Source: Candidatus Woesearchaeota archaeon (GTDB taxonomy: Archaea > Nanobdellota > Nanobdellia > SCGC-AAA011-G17 > GW2011-AR20). From it: a stretch of DNA of 64,000 nucleotides. Shown in pieces: positions 1 to 9,659 of this stretch (position 1 is its first letter; every line of letters starts with the position of its first letter). Made by a program: the position numbers and the translations under genes. The stretch lies in contig JAGVYY010000031.1 in the NCBI GenBank assembly GCA_018303005.1, forward strand, positions 24,994 to 88,993, given 5' to 3'. Below the pieces are notes generated by a model, which ran no database searches, was not told the DNA's origin, and saw only the letters and a program-made list of their open reading frames with translations.

Positions 1-852
1 TGGAACGTTCATTTCTCGGGCAATTTCTCTTAATATATGTTGATATCTTAGCTTGATTCTTGGAAGAACCATGTCTAGCTCTAAAGCATTTCCATAATTT
101 CCAGCCTTAAATTCTCTTAATGCTCTTTCTAACTCCTTCCTTACCTTTTTATCAGCTAATTCATCTAAGGCTTCTCCAAATTCACTCTTATGATACCCGG
201 ATCTTATACCAGGTTCCCAATCATAATGAACAACAGGCATAATCAAAATAGGTCTTGCATCATAATCTCTTGTTGTTTCTACCATATCTCTAAGATTCCT
301 TCTATAATCTTCAACACTTACTCTATACCCGTCACTTTCAGGAGTTGATTTCTTTCTATTTAATCTCACTTTATCTTCTTCTTTATTGTAGGTTGCATCA
401 TTATTTCCGAAATAGAAAGTTGTAAAATCAACATCAATGCCTTCACTAGCAAACCTTCTTAATAATTGCTCTAAATACTTCTTTCCTTGTAAGCTTGAAT
501 ATCCTGGAACTCCCCCATTAACAACTTTTAAATCAGTTTGCTCTTCCATTAACTGAGAATATGTTTTATATGTGAAAAATGGAGCATTTGGATTTTTATT
601 ACCTCTGTATATTCTATTACTATTCCATCCAGAAGTTGAAGAATCACCCATATTTATAACAATCCTGTCTCTCGCTTCAATATTTTCTATAATATCCTCT
701 ACCGAGACAAATTCTGTAGGGGTAATCAATTTCTTTTTTGGAAATACAAATCCTAAATTATCGTCACCATCATAGATCTTACTATCATATCCCATCATAA
801 ATGGATTATGTGAAAATCCACTAGGTAACAATCCCTTTAATTTTCTTATCAT
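1..852 (-). CDS. SGNH/GDSL-family hydrolase (3' end runs off the window)
   Basis: Manual translation from ATG at 852: blocks NMGDSSTSG, VVNGGVPGYSS, YFGNNDA; open to position 1. Not in the ORF track. Confidence 0.8.
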   Translation of the reverse strand, partial: MIRKLKGLLPSGFSHNPFMMGYDSKIYDGDDNLGFVFPKKKLITPTEFVSVEDIIENIEARDRIVINMGDSSTSGWNSNRIYRGNKNPNAPFFTYKTYSQLMEEQTDLKVVNGGVPGYSSLQGKKYLEQLLRRFASEGIDVDFTTFYFGNNDATYNKEEDKVRLNRKKSTPESDGYRVSVEDYRRNLRDMVETTRDYDARPILIMPVVHYDWEPGIRSGYHKSEFGEALDELADKKVRKELERALREFKAGNYGNALELDMVLPRIKLRYQHILREIAREMNVP

Positions 853-890
853 ATAGTAGTAGTAACTAAATAAGTAGTATAAATATATTA

Positions 891-910
891 ACTCTCTCAA
901 TTGGGAGAGT
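891..910. promoter_or_regulatory. Palindromic operator between the divergent hydrolase and TrmB genes
   Basis: actctctcaa-ttgggagagt imperfect palindrome just before BRE/TATA gaaagatttaaata. Confidence 0.5.
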
Positions 911-949
911 AATAGAAAGATTTAAATATGCTAAAATTAACTAAAATTT

Positions 950-1660
950 ATGAATATTAAAGTATTAGAAGATTTAGGATTTTCAGATTCAGAAATAGAA
1001 ATTTATGGTTTTTTATTAGAATCTGGCTCAACCAAAGTAGGACCGATTATAGACAAATCCAATCTAGCTAGTTCTGTAGTCCATAGAGCCTTAAATTCTT
1101 TAAAAGATAAAGGTCTAATAAATTATATTAAAAAAGGTCTAATAAAATATTACCAAGCAGAAGATCCTAAAATCTTAATAGAATTTATAGAAAATAAGAA
1201 AAATGAGGTTCTAGATTTAGTAAAAGAACTAGAAATTAAAAAAATACCAAAAGAAAAACAGGAAGCTGAAATATTTGAAGGTATAAAAGGGATTACTTCC
1301 CTGTTATATGAACTAATTAAAGAGGGTAAAGAAGATGATGAATATTTATTTTTTACAGTAAATGTAGAAGAAGAAAATGAGGAAATACAAACATTTTTTA
1401 GAAAATATGATACTAAAAGAAAACAAAAAGCATTAATTGTAAAAGGATTAGCTTCTAAAAATTTAAAATCTTTATTTAAAGGAAGAAATCTAAAAATGAA
1501 ATTTACAGATTATCCAATTCCTTCCAATATAAGTATATGTAATAATAAGGTTGCTATATTTTCATGGGGAGATAAACCAATAGGATATTTAATCAGCTCA
1601 AAACAAATATCTAAAATGTTTACGGATTTGTTTCATTCGGTCTGGGGAATAGCAAAATGA
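950..1660 (+). CDS. TrmB-family transcriptional regulator
   Basis: LEDLGFSDSEIEIY N-terminal HTH, LKDKGLI, C-terminal effector domain. Confidence 0.9.
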   Translation: MNIKVLEDLGFSDSEIEIYGFLLESGSTKVGPIIDKSNLASSVVHRALNSLKDKGLINYIKKGLIKYYQAEDPKILIEFIENKKNEVLDLVKELEIKKIPKEKQEAEIFEGIKGITSLLYELIKEGKEDDEYLFFTVNVEEENEEIQTFFRKYDTKRKQKALIVKGLASKNLKSLFKGRNLKMKFTDYPIPSNISICNNKVAIFSWGDKPIGYLISSKQISKMFTDLFHSVWGIAK

Positions 1661-2730
1661 TGATACTAACAGGGCAAGATATTATCAATACTTATAATAA
1701 AAGACAGCAAGAGCAATCAAGGCTTTATTTGGAATATAAAAAAATAAAAAAATAAAATCCAAAGCACGGCTACAAAAAAATTGCAAAAATTTTACGTCAA
1801 CCGTACGGAAAAACAAGATGGTGGCATGCAAACAAACACATCCCCATACCAATTCAAACAATCAAATGGCTAAAGAAAAGGAAATTAATTCCTTTAAATA
1901 AAAACAATGAAAGACTTTCCCTAATCTCAAAAATTCTAGGAACAACCATTGGAGACGAGCGAATCTTTGGAAATCTAAATGGAATTTTCCTATCAAGTTC
2001 AGAATTAGAATCGGTAAAAGAATTTGAGAAAGATTTGGAAGCAATTTTCGGAAAAGAAATAAAGAAAAACTCAAGGGTTATTGAAGGAGGAGGATACGGT
2101 CATTCATGGTGTTATCAAAATACAAACAGAAATGTAATAAGGTTCTTCAAAGCATTAAGGTCGCCAATAGGAAGAAAGTCAGACAAAGAGTTCCAAATTC
2201 CAAAATGGATATATTACGATCAAAAAGCTGAAGATTACTTTTTCAGTTCATTTTTCGGAAATGAAATAGGCATACCAAAGATACACAAGGATATCAAAAG
2301 AACAAATTCTTTAGACATCGGCCTAGTTTGCAAAAAGGACCAATATAAAAATAGAATGGATTTTCTAAAAAAGATTCAAGATTATCTAAAATCTAAAGAT
2401 ATCAAAGCAGATAAAATATATGCAAGACAACACAAAAATGATAAAAATAGTTTTCTCATAAAATTAGCACTAAATTTAAATTTTGATAATCTAATGAACT
2501 TCTATACAAATATAAAGAGATCATATTCAAAAAGAAAAGAAGAAAAATTAATAAATACGTTAAATGATTTAAAAGATATAAAATTACAAAGATTTAATAG
2601 CCTTTCAAATATGTATAATAAATTAACCAAAAGAAACTATTCAAAGGAATGGATTAAAAATAACTTAAGGTTAACAGAAAAATCTTTAAACTTTATCTTA
2701 AAACAAGAGAATCTGGAAAAATGGAACTAA
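1657..2730 (+). pseudogene. Intein-type LAGLIDADG homing endonuclease domain, disrupted
   Basis: In-frame extension of ORF 2035-2730 to ATG 1657 with TAA at 1753-1755; motifs ILGTTIGDERIFGNLNGIFLSSS and FFSSFFGNEI. Confidence 0.7.
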
Positions 2731-4079
2731 AATCAGAAAAAATAAAAAAAATAGAGAAAATTAAATATGAAGGATATTTATACAATTTAACAACAGAAAC
2801 AGGCAATCTTTTTGCAAATGGAATTTTAGTTAAAAATTCTGGTGGTTTAGGAACTCCTGCTTATGAGCGTTTAATTCCCGGTATGATCCATAGGTCTAAC
2901 GGTGGCGTCCTTTTTATAGATGAAATTGCTAATTTAAGACCTGAATCACAGCAAGAACTTCTAACAGCCATACAGGAAAAAAAATATCCAATAACAGGCC
3001 AATCAGAAAGATCAAGCGGTGCCATGACAAGATCAGAGCCAGTGCCTTGCGATTTTGTATTGATAGCATCTGGAAATCCAGAAACAATAAAAAAAATACA
3101 CCCTGCCTTAAGATCAAGGATAAGGGGTTATGGTTATGAAGTATATATGAACTCCACCATTGAAGACAATGAAGAAAATAGGGAAAAAATGGCCCAGTTT
3201 ATAGCACAAGAAGTGAAAAAAGATACAAAAATACCACACTTCACAAAAGATGCAGTATTGTCAATACTAGAAGAGTCTCGGAAAAGAGCAGGAAGATCAG
3301 GAAAGTTAACATTAAGGTTAAGAGAATTGGGGGGTCTAATAAGAGCAGCCGGCGATTTAGCACTTGAAGAAAAGTCAAAGTATGTACTACCTATACATAT
3401 AGAAAAAGCAAAATCCCTGGCAAGGACATTAGAACAGCAGATGGCAGATAGATATATAGAACATAAAAAAGAATATCAGATGATAGTAACACAAGGCACA
3501 TTAATAGGTAGGGTAAATGGTTTGGCAGTTTTAGGTTCTGAAAATTATTTTTCAGGAATTGTTCTACCAATAGAATCTGAAATAACTCCAGGGGGTAAAA
3601 AATCAGAGATAATCGCAACAGGCCAATTGGGAAAAATAGCAAAGGAAGCAGTAAAAAATGTTTCAGCAATCATATTGAAATATTTTGGAGAGGACATAAA
3701 AGAAAAATATGATGTTTTTGTGCAGTTTGTTCAGACATCAGAATCAGGTGTAGAAGGAGATTCAGCATCAATAGCAGTGGCAACAGCAATTGTATCGGCA
3801 TTAACAAAAGCACCTATAAAGCAAGATTTTGCCATGACAGGTTCATTATCAATAAAGGGTGAGGTTCTGGCAGTAGGAGGGGTTACACAAAAAATAGAAG
3901 CAGCCATTGAAGCAGGCATCGCAAATGTTATAATTCCAAAATCAAATGAAAAAGATATTGTTTTGTCAGAGAGTCAGTTGAAAAAGATAAAAATAATTCC
4001 TCTATCAACAATACAAGAGGTTCTTAAATTAGCCCTGGATTGGACAAATAAAAAAAATCTACTTAAAAAATTACAGTAG
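2721..4079 (+). CDS. lonB: C-intein (39 aa) fused to C-terminal part of archaeal LonB protease
   Basis: [21 protein letters not shown] (intein blocks F/G) followed by SGGLGTP, Walker B VLFIDEI, protease GDSAS and K dyad; Walker A/N-terminal part absent. Confidence 0.9.
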   Translation: MELKSEKIKKIEKIKYEGYLYNLTTETGNLFANGILVKNSGGLGTPAYERLIPGMIHRSNGGVLFIDEIANLRPESQQELLTAIQEKKYPITGQSERSSGAMTRSEPVPCDFVLIASGNPETIKKIHPALRSRIRGYGYEVYMNSTIEDNEENREKMAQFIAQEVKKDTKIPHFTKDAVLSILEESRKRAGRSGKLTLRLRELGGLIRAAGDLALEEKSKYVLPIHIEKAKSLARTLEQQMADRYIEHKKEYQMIVTQGTLIGRVNGLAVLGSENYFSGIVLPIESEITPGGKKSEIIATGQLGKIAKEAVKNVSAIILKYFGEDIKEKYDVFVQFVQTSESGVEGDSASIAVATAIVSALTKAPIKQDFAMTGSLSIKGEVLAVGGVTQKIEAAIEAGIANVIIPKSNEKDIVLSESQLKKIKIIPLSTIQEVLKLALDWTNKKNLLKKLQ

Positions 4080-4107
4080 TAATCCAAATAATTAATTATC
4101 TTTAAAA

Positions 4108-4377
4108 TCAAGAAATTTCCTTATAGAATTTAAGCATATTTTGAGGTATCCTCCATTTCACTCTTTTTTCATATTTTTTCCCTTTCATATTTTTTACAAT
4201 TCTTTCCACTAATCCATTCTTTTCCATCTCTATCAATAACTGTTTGGTAAATTCTTTATCTCTTCTTAATTCAAAAGCAATCTCTTTGGTAAACATAGCC
4301 TTTAAAGGGTTTTCATACAGAATAGAGCTTATGTCTGCTTTTAGAGCCAATCTTGTTTTTTCTGATAGCCTAACCAT
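4108..4377 (-). CDS. Small winged-helix DNA-binding protein
   Basis: ILYENPLKAMFTKEIAFELRRDKEFTKQLLIEMEKNGLV HTH-wing pattern. Confidence 0.7.
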   Translation of the reverse strand: MVRLSEKTRLALKADISSILYENPLKAMFTKEIAFELRRDKEFTKQLLIEMEKNGLVERIVKNMKGKKYEKRVKWRIPQNMLKFYKEIS

Positions 4378-4489
4378 CTTACACACAAATAACTCTAAAA
4401 ATAACTCTAAATATATAAATTATTCTACTAGGCGTTATAACGCTCATACAAATAAGCAGTTTTTTATATCTTAATATTATCTCAAGAAA

Positions 4490-6199
4490 ATGCAGGTCTT
4501 CAAAAATGAAGTAATCAATCTAGTAGAACAGATTACAGGATTAAAAAAAGAAAAAATAATTGTTTTGTTAGAACATCCTTCAGACCCATCTTTCGGAGAT
4601 CTTTCTCTCCCGTGCTTCTCTTTAACAACCATATATAAAAAAAATCCGGCCGATATCGCCAAAAGTCTAATGTCAGATGCAATTGTTTTAAAAAAATCAA
4701 CAATAAGAAGGATAGATGCAAAAGGGCCATATCTGAACTTTTTCATAAACTACAACGAGTTTGCACAATTAATTCTTAAAACAATATTAAGAGAGAAACA
4801 GCATTATGGAAGATTAAAAGGCAAGGAAGAAAAGATTATGATAGAGTACAGTTCCCCAAACACAAATAAGCCATTACACATAGGTCATTTAAGAAATGAC
4901 TCTTTAGGTATGTCGCTCTCAAACATATTGGGGTTCTCTAATCGTAAAGTGATAAGAACAGCAGTGATAAATGACAGGGGCGTCCATATCTGTAAATCAA
5001 TGTTAGCTTATAAAAAATGGGGGAATAACAAAACTCCTCAATCAACAAACACAAAATCAGATCATTTTGTAGGCTCTTTTTATGTGTTGTTTGAACAAAA
5101 ATTAAAAGAAAATCCAAATCTAGAGAGAGAAATCCACGATATGCTAAATAAATGGGAAAATAATGATAGGGGAACAAGAGAATTATGGAAGAAAATGAAC
5201 ACCTGGGTCTTGGCAGGTATGAAAAAGACATACGCTCTTTATGGGTCAAAATTTGATTTTTGGACATTCGAAAGCAACATATATGATAAAGCAAAAGAAA
5301 TAGTGAATGAAGGAATCAAAAAAAATATCTTTTCAAAAAATGAGAAAGGTGATTATATTGTTGATTTAGAACCAGAACTTCCTAATAAAGTCGTCCTAAG
5401 ATCTGATGGAACTTCAGTATATATTACACAAGATATAGCATTGGCCGAATTAAGGTTCAAAAAATACAAGATAAAAAGGTTAATCTATGTAGTGGCATCA
5501 GAACAGGTTTTACATTTTAAACAACTCTTCAGAATTTTAAGTTTGCTCGGATATGACTACTGCAAAGATTGTTACCATCTGTCTTATGGGCTTGTTAATT
5601 TACCAACGGGAAGAATGAAGACAAGAGAAGGAACAGTGGTTGATGCAGATGATCTGATAGAACAAGAGATTGAATTAGCCAAGAAAGAGATATTACAACG
5701 GAACAAAAATATAAAAAAGAAGGAGTTAGAGGAAAACTCATTGAAGATTGCCCTCTCAGCAATAAAATATTATCTCCTTAAAACAGATCCCATAAAAGAC
5801 ATATTGTTCGATTCAGAAAAAGCAATAAGATTTGAAGGCGATACAGGACCGTACGTATTATACACAATCGCCAGATGTAATAGTTTACTTGAAAAAACAA
5901 AAGAAAGCAAAGAAAGGTTCTTATCAATAGAAATTAATGATGAAGAAAGTCAGATAATAAAAAAATTGTCATTATTTCAGGATATTTTAGAGAAGGCAAC
6001 TACAGATTTAAAACCAAGTTATATTTGTGTTTATACATCAGAGTTAGCAACATTATTCAATAATTTTTATGAAAAACATAGGGTCATCGATATAGAAAAC
6101 AACACAAAAGGGTTCAGGATTGCAATTGTCAAGTCAACAAAACAAGTGTTGGAGATTTGCTTACACCTTCTTAACATCCAGTCAGTGAAACATATGTGA
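4490..6199 (+). CDS. argS: Arginine--tRNA ligase
   Basis: SSPNTNKPLHIGHLRN (HIGH), MKTREG, FEGDTGPY. Confidence 0.97.
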   Translation: MQVFKNEVINLVEQITGLKKEKIIVLLEHPSDPSFGDLSLPCFSLTTIYKKNPADIAKSLMSDAIVLKKSTIRRIDAKGPYLNFFINYNEFAQLILKTILREKQHYGRLKGKEEKIMIEYSSPNTNKPLHIGHLRNDSLGMSLSNILGFSNRKVIRTAVINDRGVHICKSMLAYKKWGNNKTPQSTNTKSDHFVGSFYVLFEQKLKENPNLEREIHDMLNKWENNDRGTRELWKKMNTWVLAGMKKTYALYGSKFDFWTFESNIYDKAKEIVNEGIKKNIFSKNEKGDYIVDLEPELPNKVVLRSDGTSVYITQDIALAELRFKKYKIKRLIYVVASEQVLHFKQLFRILSLLGYDYCKDCYHLSYGLVNLPTGRMKTREGTVVDADDLIEQEIELAKKEILQRNKNIKKKELEENSLKIALSAIKYYLLKTDPIKDILFDSEKAIRFEGDTGPYVLYTIARCNSLLEKTKESKERFLSIEINDEESQIIKKLSLFQDILEKATTDLKPSYICVYTSELATLFNNFYEKHRVIDIENNTKGFRIAIVKSTKQVLEICLHLLNIQSVKHM

Positions 6200-6385
6200 T
6201 GGGGTTCTGTTAAGTTAATTAATGTTTTATAAATAAAGCCTCTTTTCAAAAGATATTAAAATGAAGTTCTTCCCGAGAAAGAAGGTCATATCAACCTAAA
6301 ATAACTCTAAAAATTAATCAGCATTACTTAAGTTAACACTTCCTGTGATGGAAAGGTTTATATAAATTGTTTAAATAGCAAAAAA

Positions 6386-6820
6386 ATGCAAGTAATAGGT
6401 TTTAACATAGAAAAGATAGAAGCAGAAAAGACAGTCCAGGAAGTCAGAGATTTAAAGGTAAAATACAATACAAACATAAAATCTGTAACCTTGGAAGAGA
6501 TGAATATAGGAAAAAAACAAGAGGTTTTAAGGGTTAATTTTCAATTTAAAGTTGAATATGACCCAAACATAGGGAATATTTCTTTTACAGGCCATGTACT
6601 AATCTTAGAAGATCCTAAAAAAGCAAAAGTAATAATAGAGCAATGGAATAAAAATCAGGACAATACCACCCCATTTTCTGTTCAGGTAATTAATATAATT
6701 CTTATAAGGGCGAATATAAAAGCATTGCTAATAGCACAGGAAGTTAATCTACCTCCCCACATACCAATGCCGCGGTTGGCACCAAACAAGAATATTAGGC
6801 CAGATAACTACATTGGTTGA
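6386..6820 (+). CDS. Conserved archaeal hypothetical protein (possibly SecB-like fold)
   Basis: IGFNIEKIEAEK...FQFKVEYDPNIGNISFTG...VNLPPHIPMP pattern; BRE/TATA at about 6351-6364. Confidence 0.65.
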   Translation: MQVIGFNIEKIEAEKTVQEVRDLKVKYNTNIKSVTLEEMNIGKKQEVLRVNFQFKVEYDPNIGNISFTGHVLILEDPKKAKVIIEQWNKNQDNTTPFSVQVINIILIRANIKALLIAQEVNLPPHIPMPRLAPNKNIRPDNYIG

Positions 6821-6925
6821 TCCTACCAAAACAACACATCATTTATTATATATTCCATAACTAACAAAAATAGCTTACATCCTCATTCCATTAATTCCAA
6901 CCCAAGATATAGTATTTATATTCAA

Positions 6926-6963
6926 AAACAAACAACAATCAACAATAATCAATGATCAACAAC
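6926..6963 (+). repeat. AACAATCAAC-type short repeats over the start of ORF 6952
   Basis: aaacaaacaacaatcaacaataatcaatgatcaacaac; same unit recurs at 7140-7185. Confidence 0.75.
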
Positions 6964-7527
6964 CAAGAACAAAGGATAAAGAATTCTTTTTCAAAGGTCA
7001 AAAATGAGATAGACACAATAAAAAACCAATTAAAAGCCCTAGATAGCAAAATAACCCAATTAATCCAAGAATCATCAAAAACAACCACTCACCATCCAAA
7101 AGACATTTTTTTTGATATTTCCAGTGGAAATGAAGGGGTAATCAACAATCAACAACAATCAACAACAATCAACAATGATAATCAAAAGCCAATAATAAGC
7201 CTAAAAAAAGAGCTTAACGATCAATTCAAAAACCTCACAGATAGGGAATTTTCCATCTTCCTAGCCATATACTCCATCGAGGAAGAGATAGGAAAAGCAG
7301 TTGTTTTATCAGATATAGCCAATAAGTTAAAGATATCAGAAATCACTATCAGGGGATATCTAAACTCATTAATTTCTAAGAATTTACCAATTATCAAAGA
7401 AAGACCATTTAATCGGAAATTGCAACTCTCAATAACCAAGGAATTTAGAGATCTAACTCTCATTTCCAGGATAATTTCAATAAGGAATAGGTCAAATACG
7501 TCTCAAAAAACTCTTTTTGACACATGA
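6952..7527 (+). CDS. Coiled-coil plus C-terminal winged-helix protein
   Basis: N-terminal heptad helix; LTDREFSIFLAIY...LSDIANKLKISEITIRGYLNSLISK HTH. Confidence 0.8.
   Translation: MINNQEQRIKNSFSKVKNEIDTIKNQLKALDSKITQLIQESSKTTTHHPKDIFFDISSGNEGVINNQQQSTTINNDNQKPIISLKKELNDQFKNLTDREFSIFLAIYSIEEEIGKAVVLSDIANKLKISEITIRGYLNSLISKNLPIIKERPFNRKLQLSITKEFRDLTLISRIISIRNRSNTSQKTLFDT
7118..7139 (+). promoter_or_regulatory. ORB-like element (candidate Orc1/Cdc6 binding site, oriC)
   Basis: TTTCCAGTGGAAA dyad followed by TGAAGGGGT G-string, matching the archaeal ORB pattern TTCCAGTGGAAA-n-GGGG. Confidence 0.65.
7140..7185 (+). repeat. Tandem AATCAAC(AAC) repeats directly after the ORB-like element
   Basis: aatcaac aatcaacaac aatcaacaac aatcaac aatgat aatcaa. 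Confidence 0.85.
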
Positions 7528-7610
7528 TTCAACTCTCAAAGTCAGCAATAACAAAAGATGGATCACAATTCAGCAACTAATCTCTAAATATAAAACTCAT
7601 AATATCTCAA

Positions 7611-7676
7611 TACGTCTACGAACTTCGAAGACGTCTACGACATGTCTACAGACGTCTAAGACGTCTGTAGACATGT
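7611..7676. repeat. GACGTC/GACATGTC repeat cluster containing a perfect 37-bp palindrome
   Basis: acatgtctacagacgtct-a-agacgtctgtagacatgt (7640-7676) plus acgtctac units from 7612. Confidence 0.9.
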
Positions 7677-7718
7677 AAAATAGTAAGATATTTATATATA
7701 AACAATGTTACAAAGTAT

Positions 7719-8336
7719 ATGGTTTGGTGGATATTTAGAAGAAAAAGAGTAGATGAACAGCAACTGCAAAACTTAATAATCAATCTAAGATACTCTTTCA
7801 ATAACATTAAGAAAGATATTGCAGCAATACACAATCAAATAAAAAGATTAGAAGACACAGATGATAATATAGAAAAAAGAGTATCATCATTAGACACCAC
7901 AATATCAAATTTAGAGCCTAAATTTAAACAAATAGAATATAACTCTAGGAGGTATACAAAAGAAAAGATTACTAAACCTGATTTAGACATAAAAGATCAA
8001 AACCATTCTCATAGCATAATAAAATCATTAACTACAACACAGCAAGAGATATTTAGAACAATCTATACAATACAACACCAATTAGAAACAGAAGATGTTT
8101 CCATTAAATCATTAGCAAAGGTATATTATCCTGATAAAAAATACTCCGATGTAAGATCAACAATATCTGAATATTTAACGATACTCTCAACACTAGGTTT
8201 GGTTTCAAAAAAAAGGAAAGGAAAGGAAACCTTTGTTAGTCTCACAAACATCGGATCAAAAGCTATCGAACAGATTAAAAAAAAGTATGAAGAAAAAGAA
8301 GATTCAGATAAAAATGAACCAGAATATACTCAATAA
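7719..8336 (+). CDS. Coiled-coil plus C-terminal winged-helix protein
   Basis: SFNNIKKDI coiled coil; LTTTQQEIF...SIKSLAKVYYP...VRSTISEYLTILSTLGLVSKKRKGK. Confidence 0.8.
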   Translation: MVWWIFRRKRVDEQQLQNLIINLRYSFNNIKKDIAAIHNQIKRLEDTDDNIEKRVSSLDTTISNLEPKFKQIEYNSRRYTKEKITKPDLDIKDQNHSHSIIKSLTTTQQEIFRTIYTIQHQLETEDVSIKSLAKVYYPDKKYSDVRSTISEYLTILSTLGLVSKKRKGKETFVSLTNIGSKAIEQIKKKYEEKEDSDKNEPEYTQ

Positions 8337-8739
8337 TTTGAATTTGAATTATGAAGAACTATTTCAAATAGCAGTTTCAGTATTGGAGAATATAATACCA
8401 TTACACCAAATATATGGAGATGTATCATCCAAAGATAATCTTGGTATTATTTCAATAAGTGAAGCCTACATCTCCAAATCCATCTTTTTATGTGAAAAAT
8501 ATCAGGATAAGATTGAAAAATACACTGAGGAATTGGTTTCTATATTTGACATATCTGAAGAAGGCAGTCTACTTGAAAAAGAATTATCAGAAGTTTTTAA
8601 ATTATCTTATGTTATAAACTATATAGCGAATTTTGAGAAAGGTGAAGACAAACAAGATATATTGAGAACAGCATCTTCCTGGGATAGATATACACAAATT
8701 AAAAATAAAGAAAGACAAAAATATTTAATCATGGTTTGA
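8314..8739 (+). CDS. Hypothetical protein
   Basis: ORF 8233-8739, likely ATG 8314; no recognisable motif. Confidence 0.5.
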   Translation: MNQNILNNLNLNYEELFQIAVSVLENIIPLHQIYGDVSSKDNLGIISISEAYISKSIFLCEKYQDKIEKYTEELVSIFDISEEGSLLEKELSEVFKLSYVINYIANFEKGEDKQDILRTASSWDRYTQIKNKERQKYLIMV

Positions 8740-8895
8740 ATTTTTTATAAAAACAAGCTCTTAGGTTGTTAGGTCTTTGTAGAAATTATCAACATTAAAA
8801 GGTACACACATCTGATATTAAAACTTTTAAGCATTGACAAAAGATTATCTAAACATAGAAAGATTTAAATATATTACATTTATTACATTTAAACT

Positions 8896-9147
8896 ATGGA
8901 AGAAGTTACGATTTCATTAAGGGTAGATAAAGAAGTACATAAAAAAATGAAATTACATGATGAAATAAACTGGAGCGCCTTATTAAGGAAATCAATAATA
9001 AAAACAATTGAGGATTTTGACTTTATTGATAAAGAAAGAGCAGAAAAAGCAGCTTTAAGTATGGATAAATTGAGGAAAGTAAATGCATTTTCTTCTGGAA
9101 AAGAAAGTGTTCAGGTCATTAGAGAATGGAGAAACAGACGAAAATAA
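8896..9147 (+). CDS. VapB-type ribbon-helix-helix antitoxin
   Basis: TISLRVDKEVHKKMK...INWSALLRKSI...SVQVIREWR, overlaps PIN gene. Confidence 0.85.
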   Translation: MEEVTISLRVDKEVHKKMKLHDEINWSALLRKSIIKTIEDFDFIDKERAEKAALSMDKLRKVNAFSSGKESVQVIREWRNRRK

Positions 9148-9524
9148 TAGATGCATCAATAGTTGTAAAATGGTTTGTTGATGAAGAGAATAGTAAAAAG
9201 GCTTTAGATATAAGAAACGACCATATTAATGGGAACATAAAAATTATAGTACCAGATCTTACCTTCATAGAAGTGTTAAATGCTCTTAAATATAAAGGAA
9301 AAACAGAAGAAGATTTAAAAGAAGCAAATAAGGATTTATGGGACATTCAATTACAGATAATAAAAACAACTTCTTTCACTTTAAACAAAGCAATAGAAAT
9401 AGCATTAAAACATGACATAACACTATACGATGCGCTATACATATCATTAAGCACAATATATGGTTGTCCTTTAATAACAGCAGATAAAAAATTAGCAGAT
9501 CTCCCAAATGTTCAGCTTATCTAA
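9126..9524 (+). CDS. vapC: VapC PIN-domain toxin
   Basis: IIDASIVVKWF, TLYDALYI, LITADKKL. Confidence 0.92.
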   Translation: MEKQTKIIDASIVVKWFVDEENSKKALDIRNDHINGNIKIIVPDLTFIEVLNALKYKGKTEEDLKEANKDLWDIQLQIIKTTSFTLNKAIEIALKHDITLYDALYISLSTIYGCPLITADKKLADLPNVQLI

Positions 9525-9531
9525 GTGATAA

Positions 9532-9611
9532 TTAAAACTTTTAAGCAAAGATAAAATACTAAACTTCTACAATAAAAACTATAAAGTAGTAACAAAGCGA
9601 AAGGTTTATAA
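9532..9611 (+). repeat. 80-bp intergenic direct repeat, copy 1 (ends in BRE/TATA)
   Basis: Identical to 11106-11185 except one base; first 16 nt also at 8818-8833. Confidence 0.95.
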
Positions 9612-9659
9612 ATAAGTCTCTAATATTTTAACAAGATTAAATGAAATAATGGAGTTAAA

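Noticed and set aside
7457-7472. Second, inverted ORB
   Set aside because: Only a partial match without full dyad or G-string.
7611-7676. Mini-CRISPR or tRNA fragment
   Set aside because: Units are 8-11 nt without spacers and no cloverleaf.
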